From positions 43,999,126-44,063,125 of the forward strand of contig NC_068986.1 in the NCBI RefSeq assembly GCF_001194135.2: a DNA stretch of 64,000 nt, in the 5' to 3' direction. Positions 51,238 to 63,757 of the stretch are shown here, in pieces. The DNA is from Octopus bimaculoides. Taxonomy: Eukaryota. Every line of letters starts with the position of its first letter. Within the stretch, counting starts at the first letter, position 1. A program made the translations under genes and the position numbers. Below the pieces are notes generated by a model that was not told the origin of the DNA, did not search any database, and worked only from the letters and a program-made list of their open reading frames with translations.

Positions 51238-53564
51238 CTCTAGACAGAAGGGCCTGATCATCTGTAATTTTGTCAGAGAACGAAGTGATGTCGTTTCTAA
51301 AGTCCTAAAGTGTCAGTGTCACCAAACCAGCTCTCTAAGACTTCTTTATTAAGGAAGGATATAATGTTAGTGTAGAAACAACAGATCACATCGCTGAAAT
51401 TGTTTGTTTCTTCTATCAATTAAATGTTTTACAAACATTGAGAAATGGGTTAAATATAAAGGAAAGGTCAAATGCAATAGTTATTTTTATATTCAGAATT
51501 ATAGTATTGAGTTGAAAGAGACCAAATGCTGCCTTGTATATCTAGGGTTTTTTTTTTTTATAAATTCACCAATCTTTATATTTTTTTTTTGTTAATATTC
51601 AAATTGTAAAATTAACTAAAATTATATTTTTTTTAACCATTTAACTACCAAACCTTCTGTTTCCTTAATAACATTCCTCATCATTGTTTTCATCATCAAT
51701 TACAATCTTTTTAACGGATTTCTCTAAGTTCTTTTTTTTTATTTGCCTTTTACTAGTTTTAGCCAATTCTTAGATCAAATAAAATCTCCATTATCCTATC
51801 ACCTTTATCCATATTTTTCTTGCCGCCATTCTGTCACTATTATTCTTTGACATTCTTTTTCAGGTATTACCTTGATTATTACTCTCTGACATCTCTATAT
51901 ATTTGCTTTGTTCATACATCCATTCTTACAATTAAAACTTTCTTCTAAGTTCAAGTATTGAATATATATTATATATATATTTTCAACTCAGCCTTCATAT
52001 ACTGTCTTTTTTTCTGAAGTACAGAACCATATGATATTTTGAGAAATTTCCAATTTCTTTTACTATTTCTCAATGTTTGTAAAACAGTTAAGTTTTATCA
52101 ATATGATATCCTCCATCAATTAAGGCATCAGTGTCACAGAGGATGCTCATATGTAATGAGTAACTTTGAATAAACTTTTACACTCCAGGTATCAAAAACA
52201 TTTCAGATCTAACCATGCCACTGCTGATTTAGGTTGAAAACTCTTCACTAAATGTGAACTTTCAAGTGGCTTCCACTTATTGGAAGACTTGATCTGAACA
52301 CTTTAATCTAATAAAATCCTGCCCCTTGCAGCAGTAAATTCTATCTACCTCATGGTGCACATTTGGTTGAATGAACAAGCATAAATTATGCTCACCTGCT
52401 GACCTGTAATTGTGGAGGGAACCTGTGGAAGCCAAGCCAAAATAGAGACTGGAGTCTGGTGCAGCTCTCCAGTATATCAGATCCAGTCAGACTGTCTTAC
52501 CCATGCCAGCATGGAAAACAGGCGTTAAGTGGTGGTGGTGGCAGCAATGCCAGAATTATTGTTATTATTATTATCATCATCATTATTTAGGCAGCAAGCT
52601 GGCAGAATCATTAGCATGCCAGGCGAAATGCTTAACAGTATTTCATCTGCCGCTATGTTCTAAGTTCAAATTCCACTAAGGTCGCCTTTGCCTTTCGTCT
52701 TTTTGCAGTTGATAGATTAAGTACCAGTGAAACACTGGAGTTGATGTAATCAACTAGCCCCTCCCCAAAAATTTCAGGCCTTGTGCCTTTAGTAGAAAGG
52801 ATTATTAATGCCAACCTCTCCTTCATTGGACACTAAACTCTGCTTGCGAAGACCTGTTGGGGCAGGTGAAATCGAAATCGTGGTTGAACCAAATTCGATG
52901 ACTGGCACCCATGCCAGTGGAGCACTAACAGCACCATCCGAGTGGGATCACTGCCAGAGCAGCGGTCTGGCTTCTGTACCGGTGGCATGTAAAAAGCACC
53001 ATTTGAACGTGATCGTTACGAGCATCGCCTTACTGGCAATTGTGCCGGTGGCACGTGAAAAAACATTCAAGCAAGGTCATTGTCAGTGCTGCTTGACTGG
53101 CTCCTGTGCAGGTGGCATGTAAAAAACGCCATTTTGAGCGTGGCCGTTGCCAGTACTGCCTGACTGGCTCTCGTGCCTGACTGGCTCTCGTGCCAGTGGC
53201 ACGTAAAAGCACTCACTACACTCTTGGAGTGGTTGGCGTTAGGAAGGACATCCAGCTGTAGAAACTTTACCAGATCACATTGGAGCCTGGTGCAGCCATC
53301 TCGTTCGCCAGTCCTCAGTCAAATCATCCAACTCATGCTAGCATGGAAGGCAGACGTTAAATGATGATGTTGATGATGATGAACACACTGGATTTTTAAT
53401 TATACATACATTCAGAGCATTGAATGAAAAACAGCACATTATTTTCTTAGATACAGGATCCCAACCATAAGTAAGTATAACTATATTTGTATAATTAGAA
53501 TTGGTAATGCATATTTTCTTGAATTATGTGTTTGTTGAATCTTAACTGTGAACTTTATTTCTAG

Positions 53565-53839
53565 AATCTGCTCCACAAATGGTTTCACGGGAAACTAAAT
53601 CAAAGAAATCTAAAAAGAAATCAGCTACATCTCACATGCATAATTCTGAGCAACTTGAACCTAAACCTGCAGTCATGCCACCACTTGAAGATATTGGTTT
53701 CAATCTGCAAGAAAAGGAAGATAATTCTGAATTGAATACCTCTGCTCTTGGAAAAATTCTAAAGAATGATTATGAAACTGTCTCCTTCGAGAATGGAATT
53801 AGATTATTTGTTGGGAACTTTCCATATGGTACCAGTGAG
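53565..53839 (+). CDS. RRM/Tudor-like gene exon ending in RNP2 (..ENGIRLFVGNFPYGTSE)
   Basis: ttatttctAG acceptor and GAG|GTAAAG donor, 275 nt open. LFVGNF is an RRM RNP2 hexamer. Confidence 0.85.
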
Positions 53840-54417
53840 GTAAAGTTTTATTTTAGGTTACTAAAATATTAAGAAATACATTTTATATTTATTCATTCAT
53901 TTGTTTAGCATCCATTTTCCTATACCATCTTGGGCTGGCTAGGGGCCTTATATGTGCTAGCATTTTACTGCCAGATGCCCTTAACTGTTTTATAAGTCAG
54001 GGTTGTTTTATTCCAAAGGTTTTTTCAAAAGTGCAGAGTGACAGGTCATAATATCAACAAGGAATTTCAACAGCATTACCATTTCACTCAGGCAATGACA
54101 AATGAAGAGATGGAATACCAATATAGGAAAGTGGTTATACACCCTGCTTTCCTATATTAAATTCTGAAGAAACAACGAAACGCTGACTCTGAACTATCAA
54201 CACAACAATATTTATTTATGGAGGAAATAGGCATGGTTGCTGAGATGTTGGAATGAGCTGTCCCCAGAGTTGGAATGCTGGAGAGACAGTTTGACACGAC
54301 CATGCTCATGGCCGGCCGGCCGAGAAAGAGAATGAATAAGGGCGCCAAACTTGGATATTGATGACTGCGCATGAGACAAGGCGTTACTACACCAACATTT
54401 GTTTTTACACACACACA

Positions 54418-54520
<103 letters not shown>

Positions 54521-56613
54521 GGCCTCTAAAAAATTTAGTCTACTATTCTCATTCACAAAGCATTAGTTGGCCCAGTGCTAGAGTAGAAAACACTTGCCTA
54601 AGATGCTACATAGTGAGGCTTAAGCCTGAAACCATGTAGTTGAGACATGAACTATTTAACCATGTAGCCATGACTGCAGCTAGCATTAAGAAAATATAAA
54701 TTCTCACTCAAAATAATTCTGGACTTAAGGCTCTTGGTTAATTATTCTAGAGTAAAAGTAAATATGTGTTCCTGTTTATTCTCTCTTTTTTTTTTTACTC
54801 TTTATATTCTTCTGCTAAATCCTTGACCAATTAAACATCCCTCTTAATTTGATATGTTTTTTTTTCTACATTGTAGTTGTAAATGTCCAGTTATGTTAGA
54901 TGTTAGAGAACAGTAGTAAAATACATGCAAGCATTTAAAAACTATCCTATTTTTCCATATCCTATCTTGATCACAGATTGGATATTGAAAGATAGGAAGG
55001 TGATAGGAATGGCATCCAGTCTGCCAAAGCAGACATTGTGACTTGGTGCAGTCCTCTGGCTTGCCAGATCCTACCAAACTGTCCAACCCATACCAGTATG
55101 AAAAACAGTTGTTAAATGATGATAATGATGATATGTTTCCTCTACAAGCAAAATCATGAGCTTGAGAGAAGCAAGAAAGTGAGCAATTTTTAATGTATAC
55201 AGATTTCTTCACCTGTAAACATTTCTTGCACATATAGTGTTACTGGAGACAGAAGCAAAATAATATTTCTACTTGTAAAATGCATATTACATGAAGTATG
55301 AAACAGCCAGATCTCTTCACTGATGGGCATTTTTTTAATATCTTAGTTGAGGATAAATTTGATCAACTGAGAATCTAACCTTTGTCACATTCAGTTGACC
55401 AGGAACTTACCTGGTATATCAGTATGCAGATTGCATACTGATATATCTTTTATTTATCATTTATTTGTTACAGTCATTGGACTGTGGTCATGCTGGAGTA
55501 CCACCATGAAGGATTTTAGTCAAGTAAATTGACCCTAGTACTTATGTTTAAGCCTGGTACTTTTGTTGCTCTCGTATGTCAAACCTCTAAGTTACAAGGA
55601 TGTAAGCAAATCAACATTGGTTGTCAAGCAGTGGCTGGGTACACACACACACACATATACCAGACTTCTTTCAGTTTCTGTCTACCAAATTCATTCACAA
55701 GGCTTTGGTCAGCCTAAGGCTATAGCAGAAGACACTTGTCCAATGTGCCACGTAGTGGGATTGAATACCAGAACCATGTGGTTAGGAAGCAAACATCTTA
55801 CCACACAGCTACACCTAATCTAAAATTAAAATAAGCACAAAATGGAAATTGGTCAGTGTTACACCCATGTTCACTTTTTTTTTTTTAGTGGGCTGGTCTT
55901 GTGAGACTGGTAGAAAGACAGAAAATAATCCCAAGAGTGGAGAACTGTCCTGATTGCTGGTATTTTTTCTGGACTGCCATGTTAGCTTGGCGCTAACTAT
56001 TAATATCCAGTACCACTGCTTTAGAGAGACTTAGAAATATTAATATTTCTATCATAAACAATTTTTCTCATCTAAAAATTACGTATATATTCATAAACCT
56101 AGGCATGGCTTAGTGGATTTGATAGATGGAAACTGAAAGAAGCCTGTTGTGTGTATATATATATGTGTGTGTGTGTTTCTCTTTGTGTTTGTTTCCCACC
56201 ACTTCTTGACAACCAGTGTTGGTGAGTTGGCGTCTCCATAACTTACCAGTTCGGCATGAGATTGATAGAATAAGTAACAGGCTTAAAAAAAAGAAAGTAC
56301 TGCAGTCAATTCATCTGACTAAAATCTCTTCAAGGTGGTGCCCCAGCATGGCCATAGCCTAATTACTGAAACAAGCAAAAGATATTTTTGTAGAAAATTA
56401 ATTTATTTACTGTATCAGATATTATGTAATTATTGTTGTAAGCTTATTGTTGAACATGTCATTACCAAATAATAAATACTAAATAGAGAACATGTGACCT
56501 TAATTATACAAAGCTGAAATGACCCACTAATCATCAAGCCCACATGCTCTCTCATTTAGTATTGTGTATTTTTTAACTATTGCTACATGTGTATTAATGT
56601 ATGAACTTTGCAG

Positions 56614-56690
56614 AATGACTTGATGGAACTTTTTCACCCAGTCAACCCTTTGTTTGCACTTGTTAAGAATAGTGATAACAAGAAATATAG
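56614..56690 (+). CDS. RRM helix-1/beta-2 exon (NDLMELFHPVNPLFALVKNSDNKKY)
   Basis: actttgcAG and AG|GTAAGA, 77 nt. Phase 0 continuation gives the typical RRM helix 1 (TSE-NDLMELF). Not called in the ORF track. Confidence 0.8.
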
Positions 56691-57379
56691 GTAAGATATA
56701 TCTTTCATCTTTTTGTCTTTTACTTCTTTCAGTCATTAGACTGTGTCCATGCTGGGGTATCACCTTGAAGAATTTTTACTCGAATGAATTGCTCCCCAGT
56801 ACTTATTTTTTGTTAAGCCTGGTACTTGCTCTATCAGTCTTGCTGAAGTGCTAAGTTATGAGGATGTAAACATACCAACACTGGTACACACACACACACA
56901 TATGTACACAACAAGCTTCTTTCAGTTTTCATCTACCAAATTCACTCACAAGGTTTTTATATATATATATATATATATATATTTGGCAGGTCTCACTAAT
57001 TTGAAACCAGTTCTATAATTGTTAATGCACAAAACTCTCTCCTCATGCATCACATTGTATAGTCTGCCAGTTAAAGAAAAAATATGTATACGATCATGTT
57101 TTGAATTCTGTTTCCCTGTTTGTATTATATATCATTTTTTGTTTGTATACATAAGGATCCAAATAGAATCGGGTACTTGAAAAGATATGCACCTGTGGTC
57201 CCCGCCTATGGGGTTGATAAATATCAAATAGGATATTCCGGTGGTGTACACAAAGAAAAACCAACTTTATGAGTACTTAGCGCCTAGGGGCTGGTTCAAA
57301 GCATACATTATGTTGATTGTATGTTGTTGGTGTCTGACATGTCATAAGTCCCTATGGTGTAGTATAAACAAATGAATGC

Positions 57380-57703
57380 TAACAGACAATGGATAATTGT
57401 CAGCTCGTTACAGCTGTTTCTTATGCATTTTTTAAATAGAAGAATGAAAACATTACTTCATTGCAAAAAACTGTAATCATCAGATGAAACATAATTTCAA
57501 AAACAAAAGAACATCCCAAGAGTACAGCAGGGACATGGCTGAAGTTGTGTCCCTGCTGTATTCTTAGGATATTCTTTTGTTTGTAAAATTATGTTTCATC
57601 TGATGATTACAGTTTTTTGTTAAATGTAATGTTCTCATTCTTCTATTTAAAAAAATGCATAAGAAACAGTTGTAATGAGCTGACAATTATCCATTGTCTG
57701 TTA
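57380..57703. mobile_element. 324-bp near-perfect palindrome, probable TA-target foldback MITE
   Basis: taacagacaatggataattgtcagc ... gctgacaattatccattgtctgtta. The arms pair throughout, to a small central loop near 57535-57545. Confidence 0.85.
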
Positions 57704-57705
57704 TC

Positions 57706-59351
57706 CATCATCATCATCATTTAACGTCTGTTGACCATGCTGGGATGGTTTGATTGGGCTGGCACACTGGAAGGCTGCGCCAGGATCCAGTCTGATTTGG
57801 CATGGTTTTCTACAGCTGGATGCCCTTCCTAATGCAAACCATTCCATGAGTAATGGGTGCTTTTACATGCCATCAGCACAGGTACCATTTGCATGACACC
57901 GGTATCTGCCACAACTGCAATTTTGCTCGGCTTGATGGGTCTTCTTCTCAAGCATAACATAATGCCAAAGATCTTAGTCACTAGTCATTGCCTCTGTGAG
58001 GTTCAAAGTTTGAAGGTCATGCGTCATCTCCACATCCCATGTCTTCCTGGGTCTACCTCCACCACAGGGTCCCTCCACAGTTAGAGATCAGCACTTCTTT
58101 ACACAACTGTCCTCGTCCATACACATCACGTGACTATACCAGCACAGCCATCTCTCTTGCACACCACATCTGATTCCTCATATGCCTAACTTTTCTCTCA
58201 AGATGTTTACACTCTGTTGAACACGCATTCTGACATTGCACATCCAGCGAAGCATAATGGCTTCATTTCTCTCAAGCCTACACATGTCTTCAACTGTTAT
58301 AGCCCATGTTTCACTGCCATGCAGCATAGCTGTTCGCACACAGGTATCAAACAATCTGCCTTTCACTCTGAGATAGAGGCCCTTTGTTGCCAGCAGGGGT
58401 AGGAGCTGTCTGAACTTTGCCCAGCCTAATCTTATTCTCACAGCTACACTCTCGGAACAACCACCTCCACTACTAACCTGGTCGCCTAGATACTAGAAGA
58501 TATCTACTACCTCTAGCTTTTTCCCCTGGCAGTTGCTGGATTCTGTTTTTCTCACATGTTAAGCATTTATTATGCTAGTGCAACTTCCACATACAAAAGT
58601 TAGTTTCTCTGTTAACCTTACTTTGATGTTGCACCTTTTTTGTGTCAAGAGCTTATATTGGGTGCATCTTATGGAGTTTCTACCTACACCTTTTTTACAG
58701 ATTGAGCAGAGCTATCTACCTGACGGGATTTGTGATGTGTCTGCCTTCCTACTTATTGAGACTTTGGTTTTTACAAGATTGGCTCTAAGGCCCTTCGATT
58801 CTAGACCTTGCTTCCACACCTGAAACTTGTCTCGAGTTCTGATAGTGACTCAGCTATTAGAGTAAGGTCATCAGCATAGAGAAGCTCTCGGGGCATCCTG
58901 TCTTGAATTCGTCTGTTATTGCCTGGAGGACTATGATGAATAAGAGGGAGCTGAGGACTGATACTCGGTTGACCCCTACCCAGAATTCTTCACTGTACTC
59001 GTTGACAACCCTCATCTTACTGACAGCATCTCTGTACATGGCTTGTACAGCTCTCACTAACCACTCATCTATCCCTAGTTTCTGCATTGACCACCAGATA
59101 AGGGATCGGGGGCCCCTGTCAAAGGCTTTCTCCATGTCAACAAAAGCCAGGTACAGATATTTATCTTTGGCTAGGTATTTCTCCTGCAGCTGTCTTACCA
59201 GAAATATAGCATCAGCGGTGCTTTTCCTGGCACGAACCCAAACTGCATCTCATCTAAACTGACTCTCTCCCTAATTAGTTGGGCTATGACCCTCTCCATG
59301 ACTTTCATAACCTGATCCAACAACTTGATACCTCTGTAATTATTCATATTT
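57706..59351 (-). mobile_element. RTE-clade LINE, 3' ~1.65 kb (RT, C-terminus, 3'UTR, (ATG)n tail)
   Basis: MEKAFDR.PRSLIWW, LYADD region, RTAMLHGSETW. Continuous into the same 3'UTR that occurs as many short copies. Frameshifted. Confidence 0.92.
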
Positions 59352-60104
59352 NNNNNNNNNNNNNNNNNNNNNNNNNNNNNNNNNNNNNNNNNNNNNNNNN
59401 NNNNNNNNNNNNNNNNNNNNNNNNNNNNNNNNNNNNNNNNNNNNNNNNNNNNNNNNNNNNNNNNNNNNNNNNNNNNNNNNNNNNNNNNNNNNNNNNNNNN
59501 NNNNNNNNNNNNNNNNNNNNNNNNNNNNNNNNNNNNNNNNNNNNNNNNNNNNNNNNNNNNNNNNNNNNNNNNNNNNNNNNNNNNNNNNNNNNNNNNNNNN
59601 NNNNNNNNNNNNNNNNNNNNNNNNNNNNNNNNNNNNNNNNNNNNNNNNNNNNNNNNNNNNNNNNNNNNNNNNNNNNNNNNNNNNNNNNNNNNNNNNNNNN
59701 NNNNNNNNNNNNNNNNNNNNNNNNNNNNNNNNNNNNNNNNNNNNNNNNNNNNNNNNNNNNNNNNNNNNNNNNNNNNNNNNNNNNNNNNNNNNNNNNNNNN
59801 NNNNNNNNNNNNNNNNNNNNNNNNNNNNNNNNNNNNNNNNNNNNNNNNNNNNNNNNNNNNNNNNNNNNNNNNNNNNNNNNNNNNNNNNNNNNNNNNNNNN
59901 NNNNNNNNNNNNNNNNNNNNNNNNNNNNNNNNNNNNNNNNNNNNNNNNNNNNNNNNNNNNNNNNNNNNNNNNNNNNNNNNNNNNNNNNNNNNNNNNNNNN
60001 NNNNNNNNNNNNNNNNNNNNNNNNNNNNNNNNNNNNNNNNNNNNNNNNNNNNNNNNNNNNNNNNNNNNNNNNNNNNNNNNNNNNNNNNNNNNNNNNNNNN
60101 NNNN
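59352..60104. other. Assembly gap (N); other gaps at 13642-13701, 18869-18878, 20447-20661, 47690-47936
   Basis: Runs of N. Confidence 1.
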
Positions 60105-60224
60105 AGAAATTTGACAAGTCAACATATAAAGGTCATGTTTTGCTTGTTTCATCACCTTATGTTGAAGAAACACTCACTAAGGATAACTTTTCAAATAGTT
60201 CAGGATCTGTCAAGGAAGTTCAAG
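60105..60224 (+). CDS. RRM C-terminal exon, 5' part probably in the N-gap (KFDKSTYKGHVLLVSSPYVEETLTKDNFSNSSGSVKEVQ)
   Basis: KFDKSTYKGHVLLV fits the RRM helix-2/beta-4 end. Donor CAAG|GTAATA, phase 1. The RNP1 segment is not visible and probably lies in gap 59352-60104. Confidence 0.75.
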
Positions 60225-62841
60225 GTAATAACATTTATTGTATTACTAAATTATAGCAAGCAAAGCTAAGAATTTAAAAAGTTTTTTCAACTAGCAAATT
60301 TCGATAAATTGAATCAAATTTCAGTAAAATATTCTTTCTAATTCATCATCATCATCATTGTTTAACGTCCGCTTTCCATGCTAGCATGGGTTGGACGATT
60401 TGATTGAGGACTTGTGAACCGGGTGGTTACACCAGGCTCCAATCTGATTTGGCAGAGTTTCTACAGCTGGATGCCCTTCCTAACGCCAACCACTCCGAGA
60501 GTGTAGTGGGTGCTTTTACGTGCCACCAGCACGAAGGTCAGTCAGGCGGTGCTATTGCCATATAATGGCTTGTTGCATTCATGTGCCTACTTTCTGACAG
60601 CAGTGTATAAATTCCATCAAGATTATCCTTTTAAGTAAGACTGGCCATTGAACAGGTAAAACTAATCTAATGTTCACGTTCTGCAAAAACATTTAAGACA
60701 TTTCAAGCATAACATGTCAACTATTGCAACCCAACCAGAAAAAATTGTGGCACAATACCAACAATTTTAAGGGCAGAGAGAATTTGAACTCAGAGCATAA
60801 TGAATCAGAAGAAATGCTGCTAAATATTTTGTCTGACATGCTAACAATTCTGCCTGCTTGCTACCTTAAACTAAAAATATGTGAACAGATTTATGATCAA
60901 ACAAAGAAAGGATTTCATCAATATAATGTGATTTAACATATTGCTAAATGTCTAAAATTAGAAAACAGTACATCATTTATTGTAGCTGAAATTTTGGATA
61001 ATTTCCTATGATAATCTTGGCTAGTTTTTTCATCAGCCAGATTATTATTTTGTTTCCTCCTCAAGTCGTCAGTTTTCAATCAATAAGTATAGGTAATTGT
61101 AACTACTCTTTCTTTAGACTTTACTGCAGCCTTCAGCTTTTTTTAAAAAAAAGAAATATAAATACTTTCTTGTTCAAATTTTCTGGTTCATCTAATTTTG
61201 CATTTAACCCTTTTTTTTGTTTGTTTGTATGTTTGTTTGTTTTTTTGTTGAAATACACTGCTTTTGCTTCAATTAATTTTGAGAATAACAATGAATTTAA
61301 TAAAATAACTTTATTATTATTAAGCTGGTGTTTGATGAAATTTTGATCATTTTAAAACAAGAAGTTTTATATCATAGGACCAAAAGCAATCCTAGGTGGG
61401 TTGGTATCAAAACAGTTGAATATATACTCTTTACTCTTTTATTTGTTTCAGTCATTTGACTGCGGTCATGCTGGAGCACCGCCTTTAGTCGAGCAAATCG
61501 ACTCCAGGACTTATTCTTTGTAAGCCTAGTACTTATTCTATCGGTCTCTTTTGCCGAACCGCTAAGTTACAGGGACTTAAACACACCACCATCAGTTGTC
61601 AAGCGATGTTGGGGCGACAAACACAGACACACAAACATACACATGACAGGCTTCTTTCAGTTTCCATCTACCAAATCCACTCACAAGGCTTTGGTCAGCC
61701 CGAGGTTATAGTAGAAGATACTTGCCCAAGGTGCCACTCAGTGGGAATGAACCCGGAACCATATGGTTGATAAGCAAACTACTTACCACACAGCCACTCC
61801 TGCACCTATATTTTTAAATTTTCTTTTTTTTTTTTTTTGGTAGTACTTGCTAAACACGCGATTTCAAAAGAATTCATTGATTTTTAGAATTCTACAGCAA
61901 GACACCTGTTTCTGTCCCTGTCACACTCTAACCTCTCTTCACCTGGCACAAGGCCACCTCCTCTAATGCCCCACCTCTTAAAGGATCTTTGTCTTGTGAA
62001 TTACTTGGGAACCCCACCAGTGCTGGTGACACATAAAAAGCATCCACTCCACATTGTAGAGTGGCTGGTGTTTGGAAGGGCACCCCACTGTAAAAACTGT
62101 GCCAAAATGGACAGTGAAGCTTGGTGCAGTCTTCTATCTAGCCAGCTCCTGTAAAACCATCCAACCCATGCCAGCATAGAAAATGGTTGTTAAATTTCGT
62201 TTTCAGACTTTTAGTTAGCCCTTGTATCATACATTGAGTTATATAAAGCTTTCCTTTCATAAGTCTCAAGTTACTCTGGTGATTGAAAAAAAGTGGGAGT
62301 GTGTATCATAAGAAGATTGGATGCTAGAGAAATATGACCAGTGTATCACATGTGATACACAAGACAAGCAAAGGGTCAAGTGTTTCTGATTTAGGCACAA
62401 GGTCAGCAGTTTTGAGGGGAGGGAGATAGTCAATATCATCAACCATGGTACTTTATTTTATTGAGAGAGATAAAAAGCAAAGTTGACATCAGCAGGATTT
62501 GAACACAGAACTTAAGGATTCAGATCAAATACCACACTGCAACTATTCTGATGTTCTAATAATTCTGCTAACTCGTTACTTAATAATGACTGTGTACTAG
62601 GCAAACTTTGTCAAGAGAGAAACAGTTGAATCAAACCCTACATGTTATTGGTTCATCCCTGTGAGATGGAATGTAAAATTATCTCAAATAGGAATTGAAC
62701 TCTGAATAACGACAGATAAAACAAATAAGAGAAATCAATTTATTCCAGCACTACATTATTTCTGCTAATAAACTGCCCTTCACATTAGCATATTAATTAT
62801 TACAAATTATATCAAATAAACTTAGTATTCACATTTGAAGT

Positions 62842-63064
62842 TTGACCCTTTTGATACCAAACCACCAGAGATTGCCCATAATTCTTATAATACAAACATC
62901 CTGTTTTAAAGTGATTTAAATTTAAAGCTTCCATCAAGATTTTGCATTAATGTTCCAAATACCAGCTCAATAGTGACAAAGTTAACTAAATTTTTCATTG
63001 TTTTGGAAATTAATTGAAACAGAGGCCAAGTATGTCAACGGAAATATGATAACAAAAGGCTTAA
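62842..63064. mobile_element. TTAA-target piggyBac-like MITE family 2; other copies at ~2386-2610, ~10085-10218, ~19693-20156 (split by a SINE), 61204-61420
   Basis: tt(g/a)acccttttgatacc ... gataacaaaagg(g/c)ttaa ends and shared internal sequence (ccagcttaataatgacaaag..). Confidence 0.75.
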
Positions 63065-63092
63065 TTTCACTTTTGGGTTATATCTTTTCCAG

Positions 63093-63271
63093 AAAACACT
63101 ATAGCAAGTGATCAGGATTCTTCTGTAAGTTTCCACAAAGAAGCCGCTTGTCTGTTCCATATTTATAGAGAATTTTCTCTAGAATCTGAACTACTGACAA
63201 ATGAAATTGTAGTATGTGTCACAAGAGTTGTGAGCAGGCATTGCTTTTGGGCTCATGTAGTTAGTGAAAAG
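63093..63271 (+). CDS. Exon ending in an extended-Tudor-like N-terminal strand pair (..TNEIVVCVTRVVSRHCFWAHVVSEK)
   Basis: tcttttccAG acceptor and AAG|GTAAAT donor, 179 nt open, phase 1 matches 60224. The V.VT.V.S...FW.h pattern is typical of the start of eTudor domains. Confidence 0.75.
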
Positions 63272-63450
63272 GTAAATAAATTTAAATATAAATTCAACTT
63301 TTACGATGAAAGTAAACAAAGTTTGTCTTTAGAAGCGTTGAGATGTATTGTAAGAAACAGAAATAAATATATTTCTCAAACGCATGATATTGCTATAAAT
63401 AGTGTGATCAGGATAAATTATCCATATAATGCAGAAAAATACGTTGCCGT

Positions 63451-63740
63451 TGTGGTATGACGTCAGTGTCTGGGGGAGGCTGACCGGAAGGGGAAAAAGG
63501 GCAGAGGGAGCCTCGATTGGCATTCGTGCACTTTTCGAACGGGGCTGCGGTCAGGACAAGACGTGTTAAGCGACGGTCAAGGTTTGGGAGAAGCAGCTGC
63601 TATTCCTGGTGTACTTTGGGTCGGGGCAAGCTTCAAGGATCGGATACCGCAAGACAGACTCGCAGTCAAGGAAAGGAAAACCGAGGTAAGGCGATTACAT
63701 CTACTTGTACGCACACACCATAAGCTATTTCGGCACCACA
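63451..63740 (+). mobile_element. 5' LTR of a gypsy-type retrotransposon (290 bp)
   Basis: TGTGGT...ACCACA inverted ends, GC/CpG-rich, immediately followed by gag. Confidence 0.65.
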
Positions 63741-63757
63741 TGCAGAAATTCGCTGCG

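Noticed and set aside
54164-54200. ctgaaga...cgaaac, resembling a hammerhead ribozyme core
   Set aside because: No G-C closed stem II and no stem III partner or NUH cleavage site could be found.
59279-60256. Long ORFs of 257-325 aa (also those around 20328-20825 and 47553-48089)
   Set aside because: They consist mostly of X from N-gaps; only 60105-60224 and the Helitron fragment are real signal.
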